Source: Antedon mediterranea (taxonomy: Eukaryota; Animalia; Echinodermata). Taken from it: a stretch of 64,000 nt of DNA. The notes under the pieces are model-generated. The model was not told the origin of the DNA. It was given only the letters and a program-made list of their open reading frames with translations, and ran no database searches. Shown here piece after piece: positions 37,196 to 50,946 of the stretch. The stretch covers positions 15,190,001-15,254,000 of the forward strand of contig NC_092674.1 of the NCBI RefSeq assembly GCF_964355755.1, read 5' to 3'. The position numbers and the translations under genes were made by a program. Position 1 is the first letter of the stretch. Each line of letters begins with the position of its first letter.

Positions 37196-39075
37196 TAAGA
37201 TCAGTAATTCAGATGTTCTTGCAAACATTGAAGAGAAAGTTGGTCATTTATCTCGTGATCGTAAGGTTGAAATTGTTAGTTTGATATTTGGAAATCTGCA
37301 GTTGTTTTCGGATGTTCCAGGTCGAACGAACTTAGTGGAGCATGATGTTAAGACAGCTGATTGTTCACCAATAAAACAAAATCCATATAGAGCAAATCCG
37401 TTCAAGATGAAGATATTACAAAATGAGATTGATTACATGATTAAGAATGATATAATCGAGCCTAGTTGCAGTGCTTGGAGTTCTCCATGTATATTAGTTC
37501 CGAAACCAGATAAATCGTATCGTTTTTGTACTGATTATCGGAAGGTTAATGCTAAATCTACTACAGATTCATATCCCATACCGAGGATAGACGACTGTAT
37601 TGATCGTGTGGGTAGTGCTAAGTTTGTCAGTAAATTTGATCTTCTAAAGGGTTACTGGCAAATTCCTTTAACCGAGCGAGCGAAAGAAGTGTCAGCTTTT
37701 GTAACTCCCATGGGTCTTTATCAGTATAAAGTCATGCCTTTTGGTTTAAAGAATGCACCAGCCACGTTCCAGAGATTGGTTAATGGTATAATTTCAGGGT
37801 TGGAGGGCTGTGAAGCTTATATAGACGATTTGGTTGTTTATAGTGATACATGGGATGTCCATGTGCAGAGAATTAAGGCATTGTTTGAAAGGTTGACAGC
37901 TGCAAAGTTGACAGTAAATTTGGTGAAAAGCGAGTTTTCCTGTGCAGAAATTGTGTTCTTAGGTCATAAAGTTGGTTGCGGAAAAGTGAAACCATTAAGT
38001 GCTAAGATTAAGGCAGTCTGTGATTTCCCAGTTCCAAAGAGTAAGCAGGAGTTAATGCGGTTCCTGGGAATGGCTGGGTTTTATCGACGTTTTTGCAGAA
38101 GTTTCTCAACGCTTGTAGCTCCATTAACGAATCTGCTGAAAAAGAATGCGAGCTTTGTGTGGTTGGAGGAATGCAATAATGCGTTCATTAAAGTTAAAGC
38201 GATGTTATCAAACGAACCGGTGTTGATGGCTCCACAATTTGATAAACAGTTCTCGTTAATGATTGATGCCAGTGATGTTGGTTCTGGTGCTATGTTGACG
38301 CAAACAGACGAGAACGGTGTTGACAAGCCTGTGTGTTTCTACTCCAGAAAATTCAACCTGCATGAGAAACGTTATTGAAGTGTATCTTGGATCTACTCCG
38401 TTTCCAATTATAGTTTGGACTGACCACAACCCATTAACGTTCTTGGCAAGAATGAAGGACAAGAATCAACGCCTGTTGAGATGGAGCTTAGCAGTTCAAG
38501 AAATTAATCTGGAAATTCATCATATCAGAGGAAAAGACAATGTTGTAGCTGACGCTTTGTCAAGAGTTTAGATAAAACATGCACGAAATGATTTTAAAAG
38601 TTTTGTTGATTTTAAAAGTGTTTATTTAATTATAATATGTTAGTTGTGATAGAGTGATGCATTAATGGCATACACGGATTTAAAGTAATTATAACTTGTG
38701 AAATTTTAAAGAAGCAGTTGAAGTAAATTCATATCAACGACCTGTTAAAATAACTACTGTATAAGAAAAGATTTAAGATGTTATAGTAAACAGTTATAAG
38801 TTTAATCATATCAAACTTTCTTTAAGTGGGGGTGTGTGATGGGTTTGTCACACGGAAGTGAGCCCTCTAGAGTAAAAGAGGGAGATGAATAAAGATGGAC
38901 GACAACTACAACGTGTTTTGTTATGTTCTTATTGTTGGTTTCAGTTAAATATTAAGATTGTAAAGAAAGGATGCTATATGAGCATGAGGTAAGTGTGCCT
39001 TAAAGTGAAAGATACAAATATGGTAATACAAACGTTGAAATGAATAAAGATATATATACAGAATTGATCTAGCGT
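37193..39075 (+). mobile_element. Gmr1-type Gypsy element, copy 1: RT, RNase H with internal deletion, PPT and partial 3' LTR (from ~38835)
   Basis: PWSSP-like motif, FCTDYRK, DLLKGYWQIP, MPFGLKNAPATFQR, YIDD, DASD, TDHNPL, ADALSR; aagtggggg then TGTGAT. Confidence 0.9.
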
Positions 39076-39354
39076 TTTTTTTTTTTTTTTAAACTCATTA
39101 AGTATGAAAAAATTGCGTTTTTGTTTGTCCTTTTTGTAAGCCTACGCCCCGCCCACATTGTTTTTTCTGAATTTCGGACATTACGTCATTATGACATCGT
39201 GACGTCATTCTTGTACACTCGTTCTACTTCCGGGACTGCACACGTGTGAACCGCGATGCTGTTTTGGTATTCTTTTTCATTGCGATCCTTTCATCAACTG
39301 ATACATAATTCAATAGCCTAAAATATTTTCGATTAATTCTGGTCTTTATTCAAC

Positions 39355-42300
39355 ATGCGCTGTGTGGCGTATGGTTGCAGCAAAACCCATGCTGATGGGG
39401 TAAGTTTTCACGTGTTTCCGAAGGAGGTAAAATTGCGGAGGGAATGGACTTAAACCAGAAAGGATTGGAAGCCTAGTAAATACTCGGCGTTATGTAGCGA
39501 CCATTTTGAACTCGAATGCTTCGAAGAGAAGGCCCGGTTTGGGAGTGAGCTCGGCGTAAGTGGCAAAATAAACAAACGGTTAAAGCCAAATATGAAGCCA
39601 ACGATATTTGTGAAGCCTAAAAGTAAAACATCAAGTCAAAGTGTTAAAAAAAACAAAGATCTACCGCCTATGAAAAAAGGGAGCACAACAGGGTAAGTCA
39701 ATTATTGTAGGCCTTTCTTCTATTGTTTTCGCCCCGTTCGGCGTTCGTAATTTTATTTTATTCTAATAAACAAGTCACATGACTGACTACATCAATCATT
39801 CCCATCTTAAAATATTATTACTACATTATTCAAGCCTTAGCTTTACTTGACTTGACTAAATTACTAGTACTACTCACTCAGGCGAAAACTGTATTATTTA
39901 ATTATTGTTGAAATTTAGTGGTGATTGTATTTGCCCATGGAGTTATAAAGCTAATTTTATAACTCCATGATTTGCCTAAGCCTACATAATTCTATAATTG
40001 TTGGTTGGTTTTCTAGGTTCTTCAATCAATACTCATTAATTCCCTCTATGGACAAGAGTGAAAGTTGCGAAACAGACAACGAAGTGCCGGTGATGATGGA
40101 TATGCAACTTACAGCTGAAAAAGAAACACAAGTAAGTCCTTTTTCCAAACACAATTTGGAAATTTCATTTGAGAAATAACTATTTTGAATTAAAATTGAA
40201 TTGAAATTATTTTTAGTTTCATTCTGGTCACATTATTATTTTAAAATTTCTTGAGAATGTACAAATTTAATATTGAATATTATACAGTACTAATAATCTG
40301 TATTTTCTTTTAGACAACCGAACTAACGGTAGTACACTGTGCCTGTTGTAGTCATGCCAAACCAAAGATAAAATTGAAGAATTCAAGCTTTCAATGGGGA
40401 CGTCCTAAAATGATGGATAAAGGTTTGTACAACACCAGATATTTTATAAAATACCAGAATAAAAAAAAATGTTTTATAATAATTATAATTATTTCTATTT
40501 AATTGGAAATAGTCAGTCAAGGACATTATCCATACAGAATAAAACACAAGATGATTTCTATTGGGCTGTCAAGTAAAGCAATCAAACTATACAGCAACCA
40601 ATTATAAATACCCTATATTCAACTAACATGCCTGTTCTATGTATTTTAAATATAGGAAATCAGATATTTCCTGTGGAAGAAGTGAGACAACTGCCTGAGA
40701 AACAAACGAACATAGAGCCAGATTCAGATTTTAATGAAGAGACGGACGGTGAGGAAGACGAAAGTGATGCTGAACCCTGTTATGATGACGAAAAGCAAGA
40801 TCCTGATTACATTCCTTGTGATGATGATGAGGATGCTGACGATATTGAAATAAATGCATAAGTAATTTTCATATTACATATTATCTTGATTAAATGTTTT
40901 TATTTTTTAAAATTCTGTTGTAATACTGCTACTGTATATAAATTTAAAAAAGGCCCTCTGTTCATTTTTTTAGTACACCACCTGATGTATACAGAGGACG
41001 CAAGTACCTGGTATGTGAAAATGAATTGCTGGCCGCTTTTAATACTTGCGTAATGTGCGGTCATCCATCAACAAGCAGGATTGCATCAACAATTGGGACA
41101 TTTTGTCGGGTGAAGCAGGAATGCATCAATTGTGATTTCCAACGAATATGGAGTAGTCAACCATTCATAAAGAATGTGCCAGCTGGCAATTTACTGCTCT
41201 CGGCTGCAATTTTGATGTCCGGGAGTTCTGTAACCAAGAGCTTGCGCCTTTTTAGTCACCTAAAGATGGTAGCCATTTGTAGGAAAACTTTCAACGAGCA
41301 TCAAAAGATGTATTTACTGCCAAGTATCCGACAAGTCTGGAGGAACCACCAAGAGAAGGCAATTACCAATTTGAAGGAAGATGAGAGCGTTGTTTTGGGA
41401 GGAGACGGTAGGGCAGATTCTCCAGGGCACTCTGCCAAATATGGCAGCTACACTATGATGGACCTGAAGCTAAATAAAATTATAGAGATACAAATTGTTC
41501 AGGTACTTTCTCATTACATAATAGCTGTATACAAAGATACTAACCTACAAATTTTTCCCTTTGAAACCAAATAATTACTTTAAACTATTTTTTATTAAAT
41601 AAGCATATTTATTCTATTACAGTCGAATGAAGTTGGTAGTAGCTATCATATGGAAAAGGAAGGGCTGATATGGGCAGTCAATTTCTTAAAAGAAAATAAC
41701 ATAGCAATATCAACCTTGGTGACGGACCGGCATTGCCAAATAAAAAAATGGGTGCGGGAAAACCTACCAGATACAAAACACAAGTTTGACCTCTGGCATA
41801 TTGCAAAAGGTAAATACATTTCAATTAAATTGTTTTTCAAAAAAGCACAACTTTAATTTAATTATTCAATTTTGTTAAATTATTTATTTTATTTTATTAG
41901 GGGTTTCAAAGAAGCTTGAGGCAGTGGCAAAGCTGATTAGTGGTAAAGATGTTAAGCCATGGATCCACAGCATAAGCAACCACATGTACTGGTGTGCAAC
42001 TTCAACTGTGGATGGTGATGGCAAAATGATGCTTGCAAAGTGGAAATCAGTGGGGCAGCATATCCAAAATATACACACGGGCCATAGCGATGTGTTTAAA
42101 GAGTGTGAGCATGGCGAACTTCAGGGAAGAGAGCGAAAGAAGAAATGGATGACGACAGGTAAATTCATGACAATAATTAAACATAATTCTATTAAATAAT
42201 AGACTATCAATTGTTGAACTGTTTTTAGGCTACAAATATCTGAATAGAATAGTCACCTAATATTACAACTACCTAATCAATTACCTTACTTTTTACTGTA

Positions 42301-43160
42301 CAGGTAGCGCAGCCCTACTTAAAACATTGGACGTCATAAACAATCCTCGGCTATGCAAAGATATTGTTATGATGAGCGAGAAGTACCAAACTTCAAGACT
42401 CGAGGCTTTCCACTCAACCTTAAACCACTTCGCACCGAAGATGACGCATTTTTCATATTGGGGCCAGACATGCAGGCAAGTACTTCACAAATGTTCAAAA
42501 CTTAGATAGTTAACAACAGTGACAAATTAATAAAATAAATAAGAACATAAGCCAAATTTTAAAGAAATGATATTTTTAGTCATTGAAGAGTTTGTGTGTA
42601 AACTTTAAAAAAAAAATTGTAAATAATGATTGATATTAATAACAATTAACTGATTACTGTATTATCTCAACAGAACATTTCTTGCAGGACTGCATTATAA
42701 TGAAAATTCCGATAGAGAACAAGCAATCACTGCAGAAGGAAAAGAACGCTTTTGTGTTGCCTTCCCAAAGTTCAAACATGGTGGATACAGTGTCAAAAAA
42801 GTGTACAAAGATCCAACGTATGGTGAGTTTTAAGCAAACACATTAAAAGAAAGTCAGATCCCAAAATAGAACAAATGTATAAATTTATTACTTAACACCA
42901 ACATACTATACATAACATTCAGTGTTTTGATTTGAGTAGTTTCTTAATATGTACATAATTGTTTCACAGACTATGTTGATGAAATCATCCATCTGGTCAG
43001 ACAAGAAAACCCCCCAAAGAGAAAACTTGGCGGTTACACCAGGGAAGGAGTTGAAATAGCAGTAAGGCGTATAAAAAATGGTGAATTGTCAGTGAGGTCG
43101 GCCATCAAACTGTATAAAATTCCGAAATCTACGCTATCGGACAAAGGAAGACCCCTGTAA
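39355..43160 (+). pseudogene. THAP + Kolobok-type DDE transposase gene, copy 1 (premature stop in exon 1)
   Basis: Same exons as copy 3; a 12-bp deletion creates tgg act TAA; exon-5 donor reads ataagt. Confidence 0.8.
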
Positions 43161-43680
43161 TATCAAAACAGGGACCAAACCCATGGCTAACTGTCGCAGA
43201 AGAAAATAAAATTGTCGAATGGTTGAAGGGCATGGATAGGGTATGGCCGCACTCACTATAAGCTAAAAAATCATAAAGAGTGATGGCCGGGACACCCCTT
43301 TTAAAAACAACATGCCGGGATGGCAATGGCAACGCAACTTCATAAAACGCCACCCCGACCTGGTTGTGAGACTTCCAGAGTCCCTAGGAGTGGTGAGGGC
43401 TGGGGTCTCAAAAGAAAAGCTAGCGGGGTGGTTCGAAGAATGTCAACGTTTCATAGCAAAGGAAAAGATACAAGAAGCGTTTGCGGATCCGTCCTGTCTG
43501 AATAACTTTGATGAAACGGGCTTCCCTCTGGGTGTCAAGAACAAACGAGTGCTTGCGGCCAAGGATGCAAAGGATGTCTTTCAGCAGACATTGTTAACAC
43601 GTCACCAAATAACAGTAGTAGGTGGCTGCAACGCTGCTGGGTCCTTTATACCACCCATAATTATATTTCCGGGAATACAA
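42995..43680 (+). mobile_element. pogo/Tigger transposase 5' fragment, copy 1 (psq-type HTH, partial CENP-B HTH, DDE_1 start)
   Basis: YTREGVEIAV..IKNGELSVRSAIKLY.IPKSTLSDK; PGWQWQRNFIKRHPDL; NFDETGF; QITVVGGCNAAGSFIPPIIIFPG. Confidence 0.85.
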
Positions 43681-43937
43681 TCCACTAAAAGAATATCATA
43701 GAGCCAAAAAAAACGCGATACAATATATAAAATAGAGGGCGTCCGAATACGGAAACACACCTGTCCGAGTACATATACCAAATACTTTTTTTAAATAGAT
43801 ATTTATAACATCGAAGAATATTTAAAAGATTCTATAATTATTTTTTACGAGGTAAGTTACCTATAAAAATCAACTATCAATCAACTATATCTTCATCTAT
43901 TAATGTCAACGCTGGTATACCTCAAGGATCTAACCTT

Positions 43938-46070
43938 GTGTTAGTTATGTTGCCTCTTCCCAGTCAACCATTATCTGCAAGATTTGCTGGTCCTTACAAA
44001 GTACTAAAAAGAGTAGGAGAAGTTGACTATGTGTTAGATACTCCAGATAGGCGTAAGAATAAGCGACTGTGTCATATAAACATGTTGAAACCATACACAG
44101 CGAGAAATAATAGTGATACCTGTACGTCAACACCAGTTGCGTGTGCTGTTGAAGAGAATTCTGAAGAGTTTGGCGATCCTGATACATGTGTTAAGATCAG
44201 TAATTCAGATGTTCTTGCAAACATTGAAGAGAAAGTTGGTCATTTATCTCGTGATCGTAAGGTTGAAATTGTTAGTTTGATATTTGGAAATCTGCAGTTG
44301 TTTTCGGATGTTCCAGGTCGAACGAACTTAGTGGAGCATGATGTTAAGACAGCTGATTGTTCACCAATAAAACAAAATCCATATAGAGCAAATCCGTTCA
44401 AGATGAAGATATTACAAAATGAGATTGATTACATGATTAAGAATGATATAATCGAGCCTAGTTGCAGTGCTTGGAGTTCTCCATGTATATTAGTTCCGAA
44501 GCCAGATAAATCGAATCGTTTTTGTACTGATTATCGGAAGGTTAATGCTAAATCTACTACAGATTCATATCCCATACCGAGGATAGACGACTGTATTGAT
44601 CGTGTGGGTAGTGCTAAGTTTGTCAGTAAATTTGATCTTCTAAAGGGTTACTGGCAAATTCCTTTAACCGAGCGAGCGAAAGAAGTGTCAGCTTTTGTAA
44701 CTCCCATGGGTCTTTATCAGTATAAAGTCATGCCTTTTGGTTTAAAGAATGCACCAGCCACGTTCCAGAGATTGGTTAATGGTATAATTTCAGGGTTGGA
44801 GGGCTGTGAAGCTTATATAGACGATTTGGTTGTTTATAGTGATACATGGGATGTCCATGTGCAGAGAATTAAGGCATTGTTTGAAAGGTTGACAGCTGCA
44901 AAGTTGACAGTAAATTTGGTGAAAAGCGAGTTTTCCTGTGCAGAAATTGTGTTCTTAGGTTATAAAGTTGGTTGCGGAAAAGTGAAACCATTAAGTGCTA
45001 AGATTAAGGCAGTCTGTGATTTTCCAGTTCCAAAGAGTAAGCAGGAGTTAATGCGGTTCCTGGGAATGGCTGGGTTTTATCGACGTTTTTGAAGAAGTTT
45101 CTCAACGCTTGTAGCTCCATTAACGAATCTGCTGAAAAAGAATGCGAGCTTTGTGTGGTTGGAGGAATGCAATAATGCGTTCATTAAAGTTAAAGCGATG
45201 TTATCAAACGAACCGGTGTTGATGGCTCCACAATTTGATAAACAGTTCTCGTTAATGATTGATGCCAGTGATGTTGGTTCTGGTGCTGTGTTGACGCAAA
45301 CAGACGAGAACGGTGTTGACAAGCCTGTGTGTTTCTACTCCAGAAAATTCAACCTGCATGAGAAACGTTATTGAAGTGTATCTTGGATCTACTCCGTTTC
45401 CAATTATAGTTTGGACTGACCACAACCCATTAACGTTCTTGGCAAGAATGAAGGACAAGAATCAACGCCTGTTGAGATGGAGCTTAGCAGTTCAAGAAAT
45501 GAATCTGGAAATTCATCATATCAGAGGAAAAGACAATGTTGTAGCTGACGCTTTGTCAAGAGTTTAGATAAAACATGCACGAAATGATTTTAAAAGTTTT
45601 GTTGATTTTAAAAGTGTTTATTTAATTATAATATGTTAGTTGTGATAGAGTGATGCATTAATGGCATACACGGATTTAAAGTAATTATAACTTGTGAAAT
45701 TTTAAAGAAGCAGTTGAAGTAAATTCATATCAACGACCTGTTAAAATAACTACTGTATAAGAAAAGATTTAAGATGTTATAGTAAACAGTTATAAGTTTA
45801 ATCATATCAAACTTTCTTTAAGTGGGGGTGTGTGATGGGTTTGTCACACGGAAGTGAGCCCTCTAGAGTAAAAGAGGGAGATGAATAAAGATGGACGACA
45901 ACTACAACGTGTTTTGTTATGTTCTTATTGTTGGTTTCAGTTAAATATTAAGATTGTAAAGAAAGGATGCTATATGAGCATGAGGTAAGTGTGCCTTAAA
46001 GTGAAAGATACAAATATGGTAATACAAACGTTGAAATGAATAAAGATATATATACAGAATTGATCTAGCG
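43938..46070 (+). mobile_element. Gmr1-type Gypsy, copy 2: integrase C-terminus, RT (premature stop at 45090), RNase H, partial LTR (from ~45831)
   Basis: GPYKVLKRVGEVDY...HINMLKPY precedes RT in the same frame. Confidence 0.9.
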
Positions 46071-46350
46071 TTTTTTGGTTTTTTTTAAACTCATTAAGTA
46101 TGAAAAAATTGCGTTTTTGTTTGTCCTTTTTGTAAGCCTACGCCCCACCCACATTGTTTTTTCTGAATTTCGGACATTACGTCATTATGACATCGTGACG
46201 TCATTCTTGTACACTCGTTCTACTTCCGGGACTGCACACGTGTGAACCGCGATGCTGTTTTGGTATTCTTTTTCATTGCGATCCTTTCATCAACTGATAC
46301 ATAATTCAATAGCCTAAAATATTTTCGATTAATTCTGGTCTTTATTCAAA

Positions 46351-49300
46351 ATGCGCTGTGTGGCGTATGGTTGCAGCAAAACCCATGCTGATGGGGTAAG
46401 TTTTCACGTGTTTCCGAAGGAGGTAAAATTGCGGTGGGAATGGACTTTAGCTACCCAAAAAACCAGAAAGGATTTGAAGCCTAGTAAATACTCGGCGTTA
46501 TGTAGCGACCATTTTGAACTCGAATGCTTCGAAGAGAAGGCCCGGTTTGGGAGTGAGCTCGGCGTAAGTGGCAAAATAAACAAACGGTTAAAGCCAAATA
46601 TGAAGCCAACGATATTTGTGAAGCCTAAAAGTAAAACATCAAGTCAAAGTGTTAAAAAAAAACGAAGATCTACCGCCTATGAAAAAAGGGAGCACAACAG
46701 GGTAAGTCAATTATTGTAGGCCTTTCTTCTATTGTTTTCGCCCCGTTCGGCGTTCGTAATTTTATTTTATTCTAATAAACAAGTCACATGACTGACTACA
46801 TCAATCATTCCCATCTTAAAATATTATTACTACATTATTCAAGCCTTAGCTTTACTTGACTTGACTAAATTACTAGTACTACTCACTCAGGCGAAAACTG
46901 TATTATTTAATTATTGTTGAAATTTAGTGGTGATTGTATTTGCCCATGGAGTTATAAAGCTAATTTTATAACTCCATGATTTGCCTAAGCCTACATAATT
47001 CTATAATTGTTGGTTGGTTTTCTAGGTTCTTCAATCAATACTCATTAATTCCCTCTATGGACAAGAGTGAAAGTTGCGAAACAGACAACGAAGTGCCGGT
47101 GATGATGGATATGCAACTTACAGCTGAAAAAGAAACACAAGTAAGTCCTTTTTCCAAACACAATTTGGAAATTTCATTTGAGAAATAACTATTTTGAATT
47201 AAAATTGAATTGAAATTATTTTTAGTTTCATTCTGGTCACATTATTATTTTAAAATTTCTTGAGAATGTACAAATTTAATATTGAATATTATACAGTACT
47301 AATAATCTGTATTTTCTTTTAGACAACCGAACTAACGGTAGTACACTGTGCCTGTTGTAGTCATGCCAAACCAAAGATAAAATTGAAGAATTCAAGCTTT
47401 CAATGGGGACGTCCTAAAATGATGGATAAAGGTTTGTACAACACCAGATATTTTATAAAATACCAGAATAAAAAAAAATGTTTTATAATAATTATAATTA
47501 TTTCTATTTAATTGGAAATAGTCAATCAAGGACATTATCCATACAGAATAAAACACAAGATGATTTCTATTGGGCTGTCAAGTAAAGCAATCAAACTATA
47601 CAGCAACCAATTATAAATACCCTATATTCAACTAACATGCCTGTTCTATGTATTTTAAATATAGGAAATCAGATATTTCCTGTGGAAGAAGTGAGACAAC
47701 TGCCTGAGAAACAAACGAACATAGAGCCAGATTCAGATTTTAATGAAGAGACGGACAGTGAGGAAGACGAAAGTGATGCTGAACCCTGTTATGATGACGA
47801 AAAGCAAGATCCTGATTACATTCCTTGTGATGATGATGAGGATGCTGACAATATTGAAATAAATGCGCAAGTAATTTTCATATTACATATTATCTTGATT
47901 AAATGTTTTTATTTTTTAAAATTCTGTTGTAATACTGCTACTGTATATAAATTAAAAAAAGGCCCTCTGTTCATTTTTTTAGTACACCACCTGATGTATA
48001 CAGAGGACGCAAGTACCTGGTATGTGAAAATGAATTGCTGGCCGCTTTTAATACTTGCGTAATGTGCGGTCATCCATCAACAAGCAGGATTGCATCAACA
48101 ATTGGGACATTTTGTCGGGTGAAGCAGGAATGCATCAATTGTGATTTCCAACGAATATGGAGTAGTCAACCATTCATAAAGAATGTGCCAGCTGGCAATT
48201 TACTGCTCTCGGCTGCAATTTTGATGTCCGGGAGTTCTGTAACCAAGAGCTTGCGCCTTTTTAGTCACCTAAAGATGGTAGCCATTTGTAGGAAAACTTT
48301 CAACGAGCATCAAAAGATGTATTTACTGCCAAGTATCCGACAAGTCTGGAGGAACCACCAAGAGAAGGCAATTACCAATTTGAAGGAAGATGAGAGCGTT
48401 GTTTTGGGAGGAGACGGTAGGGCAGATTCTCCAGGGCACTCTGCCAAATATGGCAGCTACACTATGATGGACCTGAAGCTAAATAAAATTATAGAGATAC
48501 AAATTGTTCAGGTACTTTCTCATTACATAATAGCTGTATACAAAGATACTAACCTACAAATTTTTCCCTTTGAAACCAAATAATTACTTTAAACTATTTT
48601 TTATTAAATAAGCATATTTATTCTATTACAGTCGAATGAAGTTGGTAGTAGCTATCATATGGAAAAGGAAGGGCTGATATGGGCAGTCAATTTCTTAAAA
48701 GAAAATAACATAGCAATATCAACCTTGGTGACGGACCGGCATTGCCAAATAAAAAAATGGGTGCGGGAAAACCTACCAGATACAAAACACAAGTTTGACC
48801 TCTGGCATATTGCAAAAGGTAAATACATTTCAATTAAATTGTTTTTCAAAAAAGCACAACTTTAATTTAATTATTCAATTTTGTTAAATTATTTATTTTA
48901 TTTTATTAGGGGTTTCAAAGAAGCTTGAGGCAGTGGCAAAGCTGATTAGTGGTAAAGATGTTAAGCCATGGATCCACAGCATAAGCAACCACATGTACTG
49001 GTGTGCAACTTCAACTGTGGATGGTGATGGCAAAATGATGCTTGCAAAGTGGAAATCAGTGGGGCAGCATATCCAAAATATACACACGGGCCATAGCGAT
49101 GTGTTTAAAGAGTGTGAGCATGGCGAACTTCAGGGAAGAGAGCGAAAGAAGAAATGGATGACGACAGGTAAATTCATGACAATAATTAAACATAATTCTA
49201 TTAAATAATAGACTATCAATTGTTGAACTGTTTTTAGGCTACAAATATCTGAATAGAATAGTCACCTAATATTACAACTACCTAATCAATTACCTTACTT

Positions 49301-50169
49301 TTTACTGTACAGGTAGCGCAGCCCTACTTAAAACATTGGACGTCATAAACAATCCTCGGCTATGCAAAGATTTTGTTATGATGAGCGAGAAGTACCAAAC
49401 TTCAAGACTCGAGGCTTTCTACTCAACCTTAAACCACTTCGCACCGAAGATGACGCATTTTTCATATTGGGGCCAGACATGCAGGCAAGTACTTCACAAA
49501 TGTTCAAAACTTAGATAGTTAACGACAGTGACAAATTAATAAAATAAATAAAAACATAAGCCAAATTTTAAAGAAATGATATTTTTAGTCATTGAAGAGT
49601 TTGTGTGTAAACTTTAAAAAAAAAATTGTAAATAATGATTGATATTAATAACAATTAACTGATTACTGTATGATCTCAACAGAACATTTCTTGCAGGACT
49701 GCATTATAATGAAAATTCTGATAGAGAACAAGCAATCACTGCAGAAGGAAAAGAACGCTTTTGTGTTGCCTTCCCAAAGTTCAAACATGGTGGATACAGT
49801 GTCAAAAAAGTGTACAAAGATCCAACGTATGGTGAGTTTTAAGCAAACACATTAAAAGAAAGTCAGATCCCAAAATAGAACAAATGTATAAATTTATTAC
49901 TTAACACCAACATACTATACATAACATTCAGTGTTTTGATTTGAGTAGTTTCTTAATATGTACATAATTGTTTCACAGACTATGTTGATGAAATCATCCA
50001 TCTGGTCAGACAAGAAAACCCCCCAAAGAGAAAACTTGGCGGTTACACCAGGGAAGGAGTTGAAATAGCAGTAAGGCGTATAAAAAATGGTGAATTGTCA
50101 GTGAGGTCGGCCATCAAACTGTATCAAATTCCGAAATCTACGCTATCGGACAAAGGAAGACCCCTGTAA
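46351..50169 (+). CDS. THAP + Kolobok-type DDE transposase fused to a psq HTH, copy 2 (spliced; exon-2 frameshift)
   Basis: THAP CVAYGC...FHVFP...W...LCSDHF...PTIF; same exon structure as copy 3. Confidence 0.65.
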
Positions 50170-50690
50170 TATCAAAACAGGGACCAAACCCATGGCTAAC
50201 TGTCGCAGAAGAAAATAAAATTGTCGAATGGTTGAAGGGCATGGATAGGGTATGGCCGCACTCACTATAAGCTAAAAAATCATAAAGAGTGATGGCCGGG
50301 ACACCCCTTTTAAAAACAACATGCCGGGATGGCAATGGCAACGCAACTTCATAAAACGCCACCCCGACCTGGTTGTGAGACTTCCAGAGTCCCTAGGAGT
50401 GGTGAGGGCTGGGGTCTCAAAAGAAAAGCTAGCGGGGTGGTTCGAAGAATGTCAACGTTTCATAGCAAAGGAAAAGATACAAGAAGCGTTTGCGGATCCG
50501 TCCTGTCTGAATAACTTTGATGAAACGGGCTTCCCTCTGGGTGTCAAGAACAAACGAGTGCTTGCGGCCAAGGATGCAAAGGATGTCTTTCAGCAGACAT
50601 TGTTAACACGTCACCAAATAACAGTAGTAGGTGGCTGCAACGCTGCTGGGTCCTTTATACCACCCATAATTATATTTCCGGGAATACAAT
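50004..50690 (+). mobile_element. pogo/Tigger fragment, copy 2
   Basis: As copy 1. Confidence 0.85.
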
Positions 50691-50946
50691 CCACTAAAAG
50701 AATATCATAGAGCCAAAAAAAACGCGATACAATATATAAAATAGAGGGCGTCCGAATACGGAAACACACCTGTCCGAGTACATATACCAAATACTTTTTT
50801 TAAATAGATATTTATAACATCGAAGAATATTTAAAAGATTCTATAATTATTTTTTACGAGGTAAGTTACCTATAAAAATCAACTATCAATCAACTATATC
50901 TTCATCTATTAATGTCAACGCTGGTATACCTCAAGGATCCAACCTT

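Larger units (their letters stand above)
43938..50946 (+). repeat. ~7.0-kb tandem unit, copy 2
   Basis: ORF offsets 41026->48035 (7009 bp) and 48035->55033 (6998 bp). Confidence 0.97.

Noticed and set aside
37110-38378. 422-aa ORF as an intact RT gene with a novel N-terminus
   Set aside because: Starts at TTG, is a deletion junction between two fragments, and RNase H is broken
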